From: Raillietiella orientalis | Lineage: Eukaryota | NCBI GenBank assembly: GCA_036172245.1 | Contig: JAYWIR010000001.1 | Coordinates: forward strand, 1,612,001-1,676,000 | Length of the DNA stretch: 64,000 bases | Direction: 5' to 3' | In this document: piece by piece, positions 1-12,923 of the stretch | How positions within the stretch are numbered: the stretch's first letter is position 1 | How the letters are laid out: each line of letters opens with the position of its first letter | Made by a program: the position numbers and the translations under genes | The notes under the pieces: model-generated | What the model saw: the letters and a program-made list of their open reading frames with translations, nothing else | Told to the model about the DNA's origin: nothing | Databases searched by the model: none

Positions 1-3000
1 GTCCGATTTAACGAACCTCGCTCAGGGTCGCGGCGACGGGAGCTCCTGCCTCGCCTCGGACGGTTCCGCCCCTCGCTCCTGTGTCACGGAGCCTCTCGGA
101 GCTTCCAGCCCGTGCCAACAGTCCCAGGGCGTTCAACTGACATCGCGTCCGCGCGGCTTGCCCTCCCTGGTTTCTGTGTCACCTGCTTCCCTCCCCCCCT
201 CTCCCTTGTCGACGTCTTTTCAACGCCCGCAGAACTCTTTTCTGGAACTCCCGGCCGGACGCCTCCACCGCTTAGCTGGTTCGGGGGGGGGGGCCTTCCG
301 CGCGTCCGTCCGTCGGCGAAAAATTGCGTCGTGCCGTCGGGCACCTGAACGACTGCAAAGCCGGGCATGTGATGACCTCCGGTTTTTCGTCATCAACAAA
401 GCCTGTCAAGCCGGGCCGACGAAACGGCGGAGAGAGGGAGAGCGAAAGAGGAAGAGGGGGAAGGAGGAAGAGAGGGAAGGGGGGGGGGGGGGAAGAAACA
501 AACAGTTTGTTCCTTTTGTGCGCCCCTGAATGCTGCAGTCCGTTCCTGACGTGGGCATCTTTTCTTGCAGAGCTGATCATTAATAATGCCTCCGTGTCTC
601 GATGCTACTGGAAGAAGGCTATCATTATCGTGTTTTGTGTGTTCGCTCTGCTGATCAGCGAAGCCGCTCATCCGGCTCAAGAAGTTCAAGACTGGGAGAA
701 GGGTTTCAAGAAGCCCCGCACTGGAGGGAATCCGCCACGACCGAGACACGCCACAGCAGGGAAGGGGTGAGGAGGAGTGGTTCGACCACAAACCGAGGAG
801 TCCAGAGCCACCTTTCCTTCCTGCAAGCTCAAGCGCTCCTTCGTGGACCAACGGGGCTTGCTCTTCCGTCACGCGCGCGCGCGTGCGCGCGCGTTTGGCA
901 CCCACGTAAGAGGGCGCGCGGTCTCCGCTGCCCACACGGGGTAAGCTAACGGCTACTCGGCTCGCCGGAATCCGGACGGAACGCCGCTAGAGGCTTCGAC
1001 AGGGCGTTGGCATTCGGACGGGGGCTGCGCCGCCTACTCCGGCGGTCTCCGGGACTCTTCCAGGACGTCCCAGAACGCCCTACGCGTGGGAGTGTTCCGA
1101 GGGATCGGAAACCTCCAGTCCGGAAAGCGAAACTGTGGGGTGGAAGGGCGGGGGGGGGGAAGAGAGAGGTTCTCGGTTTAAGACGCAGGGTTGCCAGAAG
1201 AGAAAGCGACCACTTTGTCGCACTTCGAGCAGCACGTTTCTTTCCTTTCTTGTTCCTGCAGAGAGAGATTTTCGAACTGCGCAGTCTCTCTCGCTCTCTT
1301 TTTCCGCCTTTAACGCTGAGGTTCCTCTGCATCTTCTGAAATACAGCTCTGCTGCACGAATGGCATGCAGAGAGATGTGAGGAGGCCACGCCGTTGGGAT
1401 TTACGAGCCACTCACAAATACCATCAATCTGAAATAAAGGCCAGATGTGCCGATATAAATTTCCAATAATGAGAAGACAAAGATTGATTGAGGACGTTTT
1501 ATTTTGATGAAGAGTAGGCAACCATCACTCATGATCTTCCTGAGCGAGGCCTGCTGATGCTGCTGGGCGATCCTCCGCGCCGAAAACGCGGAGGAGAGCG
1601 ACTCGTTAAGGCAACCGAGATGCCAAAGACGCATCCGAGGAAAGCGGCTGCGGTGTGCAGAGGGATGCTGCCTGCTGCATGTTTTCCATAGACGGCTCCG
1701 CAGCGACCGATTCCTCGAGGAGAGGCAGAGAGTATAAACAAGGCTGGCGACGGACTTCTGGTGGATTTTTGCCACCATGCTAATCCACATTAGAGAAGGT
1801 CGCTTGGATCAATGGTCAGCAGCAATCCTAATGGACCACCGTCCTTTCTGCGCAGTGAAGAAAAGGAATCGCTCCGTGAAGAGGGTTTTTTTTTTTGTGT
1901 TTTGTATCCCCGGGAGCCATCCTGTTCACAGGAAGCGCGCATCCGCTTCGGCCCTGACGGGAAAGGAGGCAGAGTCCCCTTGTTGTCCTTTTAAAAAAAT
2001 CTCTTCTCCGAGGGCGGACTCGCCTTTAATCTCGACCTTCGCTTTCATCTCCAGCCAGCGGAAAGCTGAGAATCAAGCAGAGCTCTGGAGCTTAAGACGA
2101 CTGTTCGAGAACGCATTAGCGGTGCCTGGCAACCTTCCGCCACCCGAACGGCGGGAGCGAAGCGCACGTGCTTCTTTCGCGGTTCACGGCGGCGTCTACG
2201 CCCGAACCACGCACGCTCCTCGATCCCTCAGGTTTACCACACGGGCGGCGGAACGCAGGAGAGGCGACCCCTTCCCCCTTCAGCCCGTCGAGGCTTCCAC
2301 GGGCGCTGCTGTTGGTGCGCGCTCAAAGGCGGCGTCTCCTAAAAGACACGGCTCGAGGCGGCAGCGTCGTCCCACCCCTGTCCATCCCCAACGGCGTCCC
2401 CCCCCCCCTTTGGAACCGATTGTTGAAAATTCATCGTTCTTCACCTGCGGACCGTTTCGTTCCCCTTAGAAGCCACGCCCTCTTCATTCCCTTCTAAAGA
2501 GTTCGTCCCAACAACCAGGCTGACGAATCCATAAAACTCGAAGACGACGACGCCGGAGCAGCTTTCGGAGCAGCTCGCCGGGCAGTTGCCGAGAGAGCTC
2601 GTAGCAACAGTCCATCAATTTCCGAAGTAAAGATCAACCAGAGCGGCAGAAACAACAATACAGGAAGAAAATCTCCGGGAAGAGGGAACACGGTTTCCAG
2701 CTTGTGTAAACACGGCTCGCTGCGTAAGAGTCCTTCGGGAAGCAGGCACCCCGAGGGGAGGGGGTCTTGTAAACAATGGAGCAGGACAGAAAGAGCCGTT
2801 CCGCTACCACTTCCTACGCGAATCGTAAACAGCGTCGTGGAGAGGGGAACCTGCTCGAGAGGATTCCGTTCCTCGGCTTCACTTCCAGGAACACAAACAC
2901 GGCGTTTCGTGGCGAGTCCTCCGGGCGAAGAGACCACACCGTCTTGCCGGGTTACAACTTGGCAGAAAGTCGATCCAAGCAGCTCCGCGTGCTTTGGAGA

Positions 3001-6000
3001 GGAGGTGACACTCTTGACGGGCGCGTGGCTACTACCACAAGAAGGGGGGGAGGGACGTCCCGAACAAGGGCAACACGAGTTATCGGCGCGGCTGCCGCCC
3101 ATTTCCCAACCGCTCTCACGGCTGGATGCCACGGACACCACGCTCCGGACGAGAGAGAGAGGAAGGGGAAAAGGGCCGTCGCGGGTTTGCCGGGGACTCT
3201 GGGCGTCGTCGGGGAAACCGTCTGGCTCCCCGGGACCCGGGAGTACTCGCGGAGAAGAACGGGTTGCAACGGGGGAGCGGCACGTTCTTCCAGGGATTTC
3301 CGCGGAGGAGAAGACCGGGGGTAAAAAGAACCTCATCGAACGGGAAATCTGGTGACCCTCTAACTGCCCCGACGAAACCTCCTGCGATACACTCGAGGCG
3401 GCTGCTTCCTACGGAAGAGCAGAGTGGTGTGGCTGCTCGGCTACTGATGGCGCTCGCTCGTGCCGCAACCTCCGAGACGACGAACGGAAGCAGAAGAGGT
3501 CGAAACCGCTTGGTCGTTCCCGCCGCCATTATTCTCGTTTTCTTTGAGACCTGCTGTTTCTTCTTTAAGGGTGACGAGGAAGAAGATGGAACGCAAGCAG
3601 TGGTCGGTCCAAGAGGAATGCGTTTGAGGAGATGCAGGGGGAGACGGTTCGTCACCATCTTAAGATGCTTGCGGAAGGCGCACGGCAAGCGACAGACGAG
3701 ACTTTAACGAAAAGAGTTCTTCTTCCCGTAATGACCAGGAAGGAGGCAGGTCGGTGCACACATTACGTGCGCACCTTCGCGCCCGGTCGCGGAGCCTTCT
3801 CTGGGGTGAGGAGGAAAGGGGGGAAGGGGACGTAAACGACAGAGCGCGGAAAGGGGCTGCACTTCAGGCTCTTCGGGATGCCCTGCTGCCATTTTCTTGG
3901 TGCCACTCGCATGTGCTTCCTAAGGGAGAAGGCGAGCTGGTTCGTTTCTCCGGTTCACCACGCAGAGAACTCGCGGGAAGTCTCGTTCTGCAAACGGGAA
4001 AGCAGGTCCATCGAGTTGATCGATGTCAGGGAAAAGTGCAGCGCATAGGGAGGGGACCCAACTCACTCAGATACTGTTTGTGGGACGGAGCGTTCTTTTA
4101 ACGACCACAGGGAACACTTTTTGACGCGTGCACGTCGGAGAGAACGGCGCTTGCGCGTGCTCGCACGCTGCTGCCGGAGGTGTGTCGAGTGAGCGCGAGC
4201 GGCGGTCCACTTTCCAAGTTGGCCCACGGATTCGGGCCCTTTGCGTTTCTGCGGACCACGGAGTTGTCAAAGAGAAAATGCTGAGAGGATGCCCAGGACC
4301 CGCGTTCGCCGACGAGATGATGACCAAAAAAGTGACATGCAAGGGTCACGTAGCGGGGACACACGCATCAAACGTCTCGAGGTCCAGATGGGCAGCTTTT
4401 TACTCTGGGCGCTGAAAAACCACGTTCCACGATCGATGTGTTTTTTTTCTTCCTCCAGAAAAATCGAAATAATAATAATAATCCCCCCTCCCCCCAAAAG
4501 GAAAAGGGGTTCGGGGTTGATTCCGTTCCTTGGCGCCCTCCCGCTACTACTGCGCCGGGATGGTGAGCGACTGACGCCCGGCGGCCGGCCTCCCAGCGAC
4601 AGCTGGGAAACGTTCTGTACTCGGAAAGTCTGTCTACCTGCGTGCCAGCACACGGACCGGCAGGCATTCCAAACATTTCCGCCCCCTTCCACAGCCAGAA
4701 TTTTTGGATGTCATCTCCGTCCTGAAGCCACGTGCTCCTCAAGACTTTTTTTTTCCATAGATCGGTTTACATGCAAACGCATACGCATGCGTGTGTACAT
4801 AGCGATATTCTATCTCGTGTCACGGTTACCTTGAGCATATGCACTGCACGTATTTTTTTTTCCTCCCTCCTGCTCCCTCGTTCCTGTGCCAGCACACACT
4901 CACGGCAATGCGATGCCTACTGCACGGGGGATCCGGGCACGGGCGACTGGGTGTCGCCAAGCTTGCGGGTGCCACGAGCACCTTCGCTCCGCATCGGCAT
5001 CCTAGCAACGGCATCCCCCGCGAGTAGGATTTCGCAAACCGGCAAAGTCGACATGCAATCGCAGCTTTCGTCTCGTTCAAGGCGGCATCACCACCGGATA
5101 GCTCTCGAGGGAGCAGCCAGGCGTCGGATGAATCCGAGCACCGTCTCCCCGCACGCACATGTTGTACGCCCCACGTTGCGCGGGATGGCGGCGGTGCTGG
5201 GAGAAGAACGAGGAGGACCTTCTTGAATTACTCGCCGCTCCTGTCTATCTTTCCTCTCGCTTCCTGATGCGCCTCTTCCTCCCCGTGCCCAGCGCGCTGA
5301 ACGCAGCAAAACCAAGCGACTTGGGTCCAACAAGCTCTTCGGTACAGACTTTTGGTTTGTTCTGTTTTCATCTTTCCTTCTTTTTTCTGATATTCACTTG
5401 CGAACAGGAAACGAGTTTTTTCCTTTTTCTTTTTTCGAAAAAGAGAGAGAGAGAGAGAGGAAAAAGGGTGGTGGTAAGAGAAGCGATTTCTTTCTCTTCT
5501 CTGAAAGAAGATGTCCAGATTCACCTTACGCAATTACGATTTAGTTCTGGGAAAAAAGAAAAAGAAAAAAAGGAAGGAAGGAAGAAAGAAGAAGAAGAAG
5601 AGGAAAAAAAACGGTTTGGATCCCTAGCGCGGGAACCGAAAAATGCTAGCAATGTCAAAACAAACCCTCGGCGATTATCAGTCCAAACCTTTTCAAGAGA
5701 AAATCGGGTACGCGACCGAGCAACGCTTTCATCGTCAGAGATGAAAGAAGTTTCTTCCGAAAGTCCTTTCAGAATGCTCAGCAGAAATACGAGAATCGCA
5801 TATTTTAACTCGAGGCTACGCATCGAGTACAATTTCGTTCCCTTTCATTATTTCGGTCCCAACGAGAAATACCGTTTCCACGGCTACGGCAGCAAACCAA
5901 AAACATCTTTCCTGTTTTGTTTCTGCTATTCCTCGTATTCATGACTTTAGGAAACCAATTTTCAATACTTTCGAAAAACATCTGGCGGCAACATATACGA

Positions 6001-9000
6001 TGACAAAATTACGTTTGCACGTTTTTTTCTTTTTCTTTCTTTCTTCTTTTTCTTCTTCCTCCTCCTTTTTTCCTTCTTCTTTCCCCCGACGTACCCTACA
6101 TTACATAAGCGCACGGCTAGTCGCACACGTCGCACTCCCGCTGGAGACGTTCCCTCACCAGCTCGCTTCGGCCAACAATGCTCCTTCGTTGTCAACGCAA
6201 CGGACGGCAGAAAAGAGGAAAAAGAGAGGAAACCACACAAAAAAATCGGTACCTGGTGCCTCGCGTAGAGCTAGGGAGCCATTCATCCCCCATCCCGGGA
6301 CGCAGAGAGTTTCCTCATCCCGAAAAGCGGGATCGCATGCGACTCGGCGCTGCGGATCCCTCCCTCCACCCCCCCCTCCGTCTTACAACAATCGTCCGTG
6401 TCGCGTCGGCGGGAAAACAAAACAGCGTGCTCTAGGCAACGGCGGTTCCGTAGGAAAGCAGGTGTACGCGCGCACACAACAAACAAACACAAGCAGGTAC
6501 TCGCGCGACGGCGTTACCCGGCAACGGAGCGAAAAACGGGAGAAGGCAACAATGAGATCGCGCGGGAGGGGACGGGGGGGGGGAGGGGGTTGTCACGTCG
6601 AACGGCGCGGCGTACGCAAACAACAAAAAAACAACGAACGCTTGGATGAAGACGGGAGGATGTTTTTTTTCCTCCTCTCTCTCTCTCTCTCGTTACGATC
6701 GCACACTGTGCGTGCGCACCTTTCGGCAAATCGATTTCCATTTCGGATCGTGATGACGGCAATCATCTTATTGCAAATGCAGATGGAGCGGGAAACTCCC
6801 ACAAAAGTTTGTCGCCCGTGCAAGCGTAGCGGACGCGCGGGAGCTCGGCGGCTTCGAACCGAAAGTTCGTCCGTATCTCACGCATCCCGCTTTCGGCGTT
6901 CCGTTGCGAAATCACTGGAAATCGCGCGCACGCCCGCGCGCAGTTGCCGCCGCCATCATTGTGTCTTCCCTCCCCACGTTTTTCCCCCCCTTCTCCTCCC
7001 CTCCCTTCTCTATCCGCAGGACAGGGGAGCGAAGCGGGAGGAGCTCTCCCTCCTTCTTTCCCCCTCTCCCCGCACATTGTTTCTCTCGTTCGGGACTGGG
7101 AATGCGGCACGAACGCGGGGGTCGCAAGGGCGGGCGCCCGGGAAAAGAGGGGCCGTCCGCGGAGCGGGAAATGGCCGCCTCTCCTCTTCCCGATGGCCCT
7201 CCGTCGGCGGCGCCGTGCAAGTCCTCCCGGCGCGGGGGCGGAGAGGCTGTGGCTCCTTGCGTGACGCCGCTTTCGTCCCGAACGGGAGGGCCTGCTGGAT
7301 CGTCGTCGGCCCTGCGCACCCGCGCACTCCTCGGTGCGGCAACCGGACGCACGCGGGGCTACGGGCAGACGAAACGGAGACGGGCGAAGGGGGCGTTTCG
7401 GCTCGCTTACGCGTTCCAAAATATGAGGACGGAATGCGCGTGCGCGCCTTTTGCGTTGTTGTTTTTTTCCTCTCTCTTCCTCTCTCTCGACGCGAGGAGG
7501 AGCGTTGCCGATGATCGGGGTGCGCTCTCTTCGTCGAGACCAAACAAAGAGGGAGGGGGGGGGGAGAAGGAAAGGAAAGGAAGAAAGAGAAAGGAGGGGG
7601 GGGGTTAGGAACACAAAGAAAAGACACGCGTTGACTGCTGCTTTGTTTGCTACGAAGAACGCGCGCTCGTCTTTCTCCGAGAAGGGGAGAGAGGAAAGAA
7701 AGGAAGCAGAAAAAAAAAAAAAAAAAGAAAAAGAAAGAAACATGGCGGAAGAGTCGGAGGGTCTTGTTTTGCTGCCGCTGTTGTGTTCCGCGCACACCTC
7801 GTCACGGGTTGCAGAAGCGTCGAGGGGAAGGACAGCAGGAGTAGTAGTGGAAGAGGAAGAGGCGGCAGCAGGAGGAGGGGTGAGCGAAGAAAGGAAAGCA
7901 GGCAGCAGAAATATCTTCTTCCCTTCTCTCCCCCCCCCCTCCCCCTCTCTCGCGTGCACGCAAACACCGCTTGCGCGGGAACATTCCAGCGCAGAGAAAC
8001 CCGTTACAGCATCATCGACGCCGCATAAAGGGGCCTCTGTCCGGGCTTTCAAGGTCAGCGGGCTTGTGACGTCTCTCTCTTTCCCTCTCTCCTCTGGCCG
8101 GCCTGCTTCTTTACCCGCTGCGCCCCCTCGTCCAACTAGGCAGGCATCGGCGCAGCAGAACGGCCGGAACTCCTCCCCGCCTCTCCTGCTCCCACGTGGC
8201 CGGTGGGGTCGTCGTCGTACTGGACGGGGGAGGCACCCCGTCCCTTCTTCCCATATCCCTCCTCCTGCCGCCGTGCGGGACGGAAGGGGGCCTTGCGAGG
8301 ACGGGCGAGCGGGGAACGCGAGCGAAGACCAGGCCCAGTGGAAACGGGGAGGAAACAATGACAACAACGGCGATGACGTAATCATGGTCATATAATAACG
8401 GTACTTGCAAAAAAATGACGAAAAAAAATAAAAAATAAAAACGGAATATAAAAAAAAACAAACAACGTCTGAAGTTACACCTGAGGTAAGAGGTAGATGG
8501 TGGTCAACGAGTTGTTCGGTCGAACGGTCTTTGTCTTTTTATGTCTTTCTTCTTCTTTGAAGGGGGGGGGGGGACGGGATTTTTCTTCTTCTCCTGCAAT
8601 ATGCCTCCCTCCCTCCTTGGTCCACACGCATCTCCGCCCTCCCGATGCGCGAGGGAGGGGATGGGAAGAAAGGGGAAGGATCCGACGGCGGCGGACGCTG
8701 GCTGCTGCTGCTGCCGCCGGCTTGTCGTCGTGGTCGTCGTCAACTACACACAGCACTTCGGAGGGGGTGAGGGAAAGACAGACAGAGAGGAGAAGGGGGT
8801 GGGGTGGGCAGGGAGAGGAGGTGGAGGAGGAAAGGGGTACAGTTGGGTTATCATCTTATTCTTCGTTCCATTCCTTATTCCCTAAGCTCATGAGCAAGTT
8901 ACATCACACGTAGCCCGCGGGAGGAGGTCCCCGAGGCAACGGCAGGGACGTGGGAGGAGGATCGGGGGAGACGGGACAGGGGCGTGGGAGAAGATGCGTC

Positions 9001-9052
9001 TGCTCCCCATCGTCGTGGAGGCGAGGGAAGAAATGATCTCTCCGTTCGGTTT

Positions 9053-11338
9053 TCATCTCACTGCAACGAGAAAACAGCGCGCTCACACGGGTTGTTCGGC
9101 AGAGAACGCGCGCAGAGGGTGGGGTGGGAGGGGGCAGAGGAAGGGGAAAAGGAGAAGACCCCCTCTCCCCCTTGCCCTTCCGCACACGCGCCCCTCCGCC
9201 TGCCCTTCACCCGCCGCCACCACTACCCCCTTTGACTCTCCGTCCCGTCTCCACTCACCTGAGGCTATCGAGGATCCGGTGGCCGCGTAGGTCGCGGGCA
9301 GGGCAGGGTTTCCTGCCGAGGGGAATTCAGGTACGTGGTTGCGTCCCGCGTCCGGGGGGCCGACGAAGACTTCCTGAGTGTACAGCGGTTCCTGACTATC
9401 CCTGGGAACGGAGTAGGCGGGCCGGCATGCGAACGGCGAGGGGAATCCCGACGGCCCGAGCTCCGCTAGAGGCACTGCTGGCTGGCATTTTCCTGAGGGA
9501 CCGGGACTGTAGGAGGTGGCCGCGGTGGGGAAATGGCGAGACGTGGCCGAGGGCGGGGTAGGCCTGCACAGGACGGCGGCGGCGGCAGGCCCCATGACGT
9601 GGTTGGGGTAGGACTCCTGGGGCGCGAGCACGGGCTGCTGGAAGACGCTGGACGATGCCGCGGACTGCTGCTGCTGCTGCCTGGAGGCTGCTGATACGGG
9701 AGCAGCAGTGTAAGCATGGAAGTAGGGAGGGTACGGTTGCTGCTGCTCGTCCTGGCGGGCCATCTGCACGGGAAGAGACTGTTGCTGCTGCTGCTGGACT
9801 GCTGCAGCAGCGGCGGCCGCCAACCCCGGTGTCAGGCCAGCGCATCGATCGCCGGCGCCCTGCCACAGGCCGTTGGCCCGCATGAGAGTCCCGCCGCCGC
9901 CGCCTCCGGCGTGGTGGTGGTGGTGGTGGTGCACGCCAGGGCTCCCTGCCAGCCCTTTGGAGCGCACAGGCTTCTCTTCGGCGGGCATCTGGCCGCTGGC
10001 GCGCGAGTTCTCCGCATTCTTGTGCGCCGTGGTGGTCAGGTGGCGGTTGAGGTGACCCTTGCGGATGAAGTGCTTGTTGCAGACGTCGCAGGTGAACGGG
10101 CGGGGCTTCTTGTCGCCCCCGCAGCCTTCCTTCCCTTCGGGAGGCAGGCCCGGGGCGCCTCCTTGGCTCCCGTACCGCTGAATACCCTCGGGAGGCGACG
10201 GCCGCGAAAGGGTCATCGGATTGCGGCCCGCGGCGGCGGCAGCGGCGGCTGCAGCCGCACCGTAGATTCCATCGCCGTAGCCCTGGGTCATCCAGTGGCC
10301 GTGTGGAGGAACCGTGCCTTCTGAGGAGGCGGTCTTCCCGTAGGGCGACTCGCAGCGGCTGAGCTTGGCGTAGGGCTCGCCACGGTCGAGCATGGGAGCC
10401 GCTGCCGCGGCAGCAGCGGCGGCAGCCGCTGCGGCTGCTGCTGCAGCGGCCGCGCCGTAGTTCTCGAAGAGAGAGGCAGCGTCCGTGTAGCTGGGAGGCG
10501 GGTAGCAGCCGAAGGGACCGACGTCTTCCTTGCCGCGGACGATAGGAGGGAAGTTCGCGGCCGCTGCGGCGGCTGCAGCTGCAGCAGCGGCCTGGTACCC
10601 CCAGAAGGGCTGGCCGTACTCGGCGGCAGGATTGCCGGCGTGCAGAGGGCCGTGGTACACGTGGAGGCGGTTCGTGTCCAGGTCGAGGATCTCCGAGGTT
10701 TCCTTGACGACCGCGTCGCTGTCGCCCAGTCCGCTGTCGTTGCTGGGCACGCTCGTCTCCGAAGACGCCGTCTCGCTGTTGTACTTCACTGAGGAGCAGG
10801 TCTCGTCGGCGACCTCGTCACTGCCTCCGCCGCCGCCGCTTCCGGCGGCGCCGCCCTGGCGGTCGCCCTCGTAGGCTCGGTAGCCGGATCCGCGGAAGGG
10901 TTCACCGTCTCCGTAGCTCCCAAATCCTTCCGCGTCCTTGCCAGCTGGGGAGGAGCTGTCGTGACTGAGAGGGACGTAGGGGGATAGGCGGTCCTGAGTA
11001 CCGGGAACGTAGGGGGACACGCGTTCCTGAGTAGGAGGAGGTATGTACGGCGAAGTCCTTTCCTGAGAGACGTACGGTGGGGTGCGGTTTTGGGGAAGGG
11101 TGGGGTACGCTCGTTCTTGGTGGTGGCCATGGCTGTAGGCGGGGGCGAAGAATTTCTTCGCGTCGGGATCGTCCGCCTCTCGCCCGTCAGCGAGGTCCGA
11201 CCTGCGGCCGGAAGCTCCCCAGCCGGTCGATTGGTTGTCCCTGTGGTACTGCAGGTGCACCTGCAGGGAGAGATCGCTCTCGAAGCACAGTCTGCAGTCC
11301 GTGCAGTAGCTCAGTTCCCGAGTCGCCGCGGCAGCCAT
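9053..11338 (-). CDS. zld: Zelda (vielfaltig)-like C2H2 zinc-finger protein; main coding exon 11338..9259, predicted intron 9258..9061, terminal mini-exon 9060..9053 (~695 aa; 751 aa if unspliced to the stop at 9083)
   Basis: Long ORF with GC-ending codons. Acceptor ctctctcgtgtgttgcag| (AG 11343-11342) lies directly before gtcATGg (11338). Finger CTDCRLCFESDLSLQVHLQYH at 11305..11243; acidic patch EILDLD at 10693..10676; HX5H (JAZ-type) finger CDVCNKHFIRKGHLNRHLTTTAH-KNA at 10090..10022, resembling Zelda ZF2 (recalled as GHLKRHYNTTLHKNA). Poly-A/Q/H tracts. Donor CAG|GTGAGT at 9259/9258 and acceptor gctgttttctcgttgcag| at 9061. The 3' structure is uncertain. Confidence 0.75.
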
Positions 11339-12005
11339 GACCTGCAACACACGAGAGAGGTCACGGTAGGGGATGCTGCCGTCGGAACGCGCGTCCCTGC
11401 GCCCGCGGAAGGGGTACGCAGGGTGTGTGCGCAAAGTTTCAGGAGGGAAAAAAAGGAGGAGACTCTCGTCGAGCGTACCCTGGGGGTGGGAGACCCCTCT
11501 GGCTGCACCTCTACCCTCGGAATGGGCTCGTTCTGAGTTGTGTTCGCCGGCCGAGCCAATCACGGCGACGCGCGCACGGAGGGACGCACGCACGCGTCGT
11601 TCTGCGTCCGCCGTGGCATCACCGGCCGGACGCGATGCCCAAAGGAAGGTGGGGGAAGGGGAGGAGGAGGCAAAGGGCTCGGACCCGCCCGGCGAGGAGA
11701 CAGGAGGGCTCTCCCGCGCACACCCCGTTGCTCGCGCACGAGCCCAGGCAAGAAGGAGCACACTCCCCGCGCGCGCGTACCGCTCGACCCCCTTCTCTGC
11801 GCCCGCTGCAGCTCGCGCCACTTGGGAGTATTTGCGGCCGAAACGCATTCTCTTCCTCGCCCGCTCCCTCGGAAGAGAGCGGACCGAGCTGCTCGACGGA
11901 GAGAGGCCGCCGCTGCCGAGAACATGTGGGCCGGATCCTCTCAGCTGCATTACTTTTTATCCGCGGCAGCGTCGAATCGATACATCGGGAGGGGGAGGGG
12001 TGGGG

Positions 12006-12080
12006 GAGGAGGAGGAGGAGGAGGAGGAGGAGGAGGAGGAGGGAGGGAGGGAGGGAGGGAGGGAGGGAGGGAGGGAGGGG
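12006..12080. repeat. Compound microsatellite (GAG)n(GGGA)n
   Basis: Read directly from sequence. Confidence 0.9.
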
Positions 12081-12923
12081 ACGCGCGCAGAAGGAGGGAG
12101 GAAAAAGTCGGGCAAAGTCCGCGCGAGCGCGGTCTTCTGCGAACGCGAAGCCACGCTTTCGCTTTCGTTGCGACGGGGCGCTCGCGGCGTGCGGCGGAGA
12201 TCCGCGCACGGCGTGTTGCCCTCGCAACGAAAGCAGGTAGCGGGAGGGTTGATGGCAGCGTAGGGGGAAATGGGGTGGGGGGGGGGAAGGGAGGAGGTTT
12301 GGACTCCCTGCTAGGAACGACGGCCTCGGAGGCCGTGGTGGCGAAGGCGCTGGCCCTTAACGCCGCGTCGAAACCTCGCGGGAGAGAGGGGAAAAAAAAT
12401 GGAATTTGGCGACCTCGCCCCCTCGATCGTGTGGTCCTCCCTGCCCTTCAGAGGAACTGCACGGCCGGTGAATCAAGGAAAAATAATAATAAATAAAAGG
12501 AAAACAAGGAAAGATGCGCCCACCCACGCGCGCCTTCCAGAACGACGCCATCCGGGACCTTGTGCCCGGCTTGTTTTTGTTGCTTCTGCATGGGACGGCG
12601 AGGCGTGCTGCGGGCACGCACAGGACACATGGGGAGTGGGGAGGGGAAGCAGAAACAGAAGCCCAAATAAAAAGGTAAAAATTTTAAAAAAAAGCAACAA
12701 ATGGTGCGGGCGCGGAAATTCGGGATGGGGCATGGTTACCATGTTCGCACCGCGTCGCCGTTGGCAACCGCGACGCCGACGTGCCAGTTGCGGCGACAAT
12801 CGACGACGGCTCACACACGCAGGAAAGCGACAAGCACGCCGCCATGCGGCCCAGCGCTGGAGGCAGGGAGGGGCGGTGGGCACGGGTGGGTGGGAGGGTG
12901 GGTGGCCAATTCCCGAGGCTTAC

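Noticed and set aside
6000-8395. Long ORFs of 504, 542 and 314 aa
   Set aside because: They overlap on both strands, run through microsatellites and homopolymers, and contain no domain motifs; GC-rich artefacts.
11342-11950. N-terminal 204-aa extension of the 955-aa ORF
   Set aside because: Low-complexity Arg/Ala/Ser sequence lying upstream of a clear splice acceptor and a good Kozak ATG at 11338; most likely intron.
12234-12240. CAGGTAG (Zelda TAGteam site) upstream of the zelda-like exon as autoregulation
   Set aside because: A single 7-mer; several others are scattered through the window, consistent with chance.
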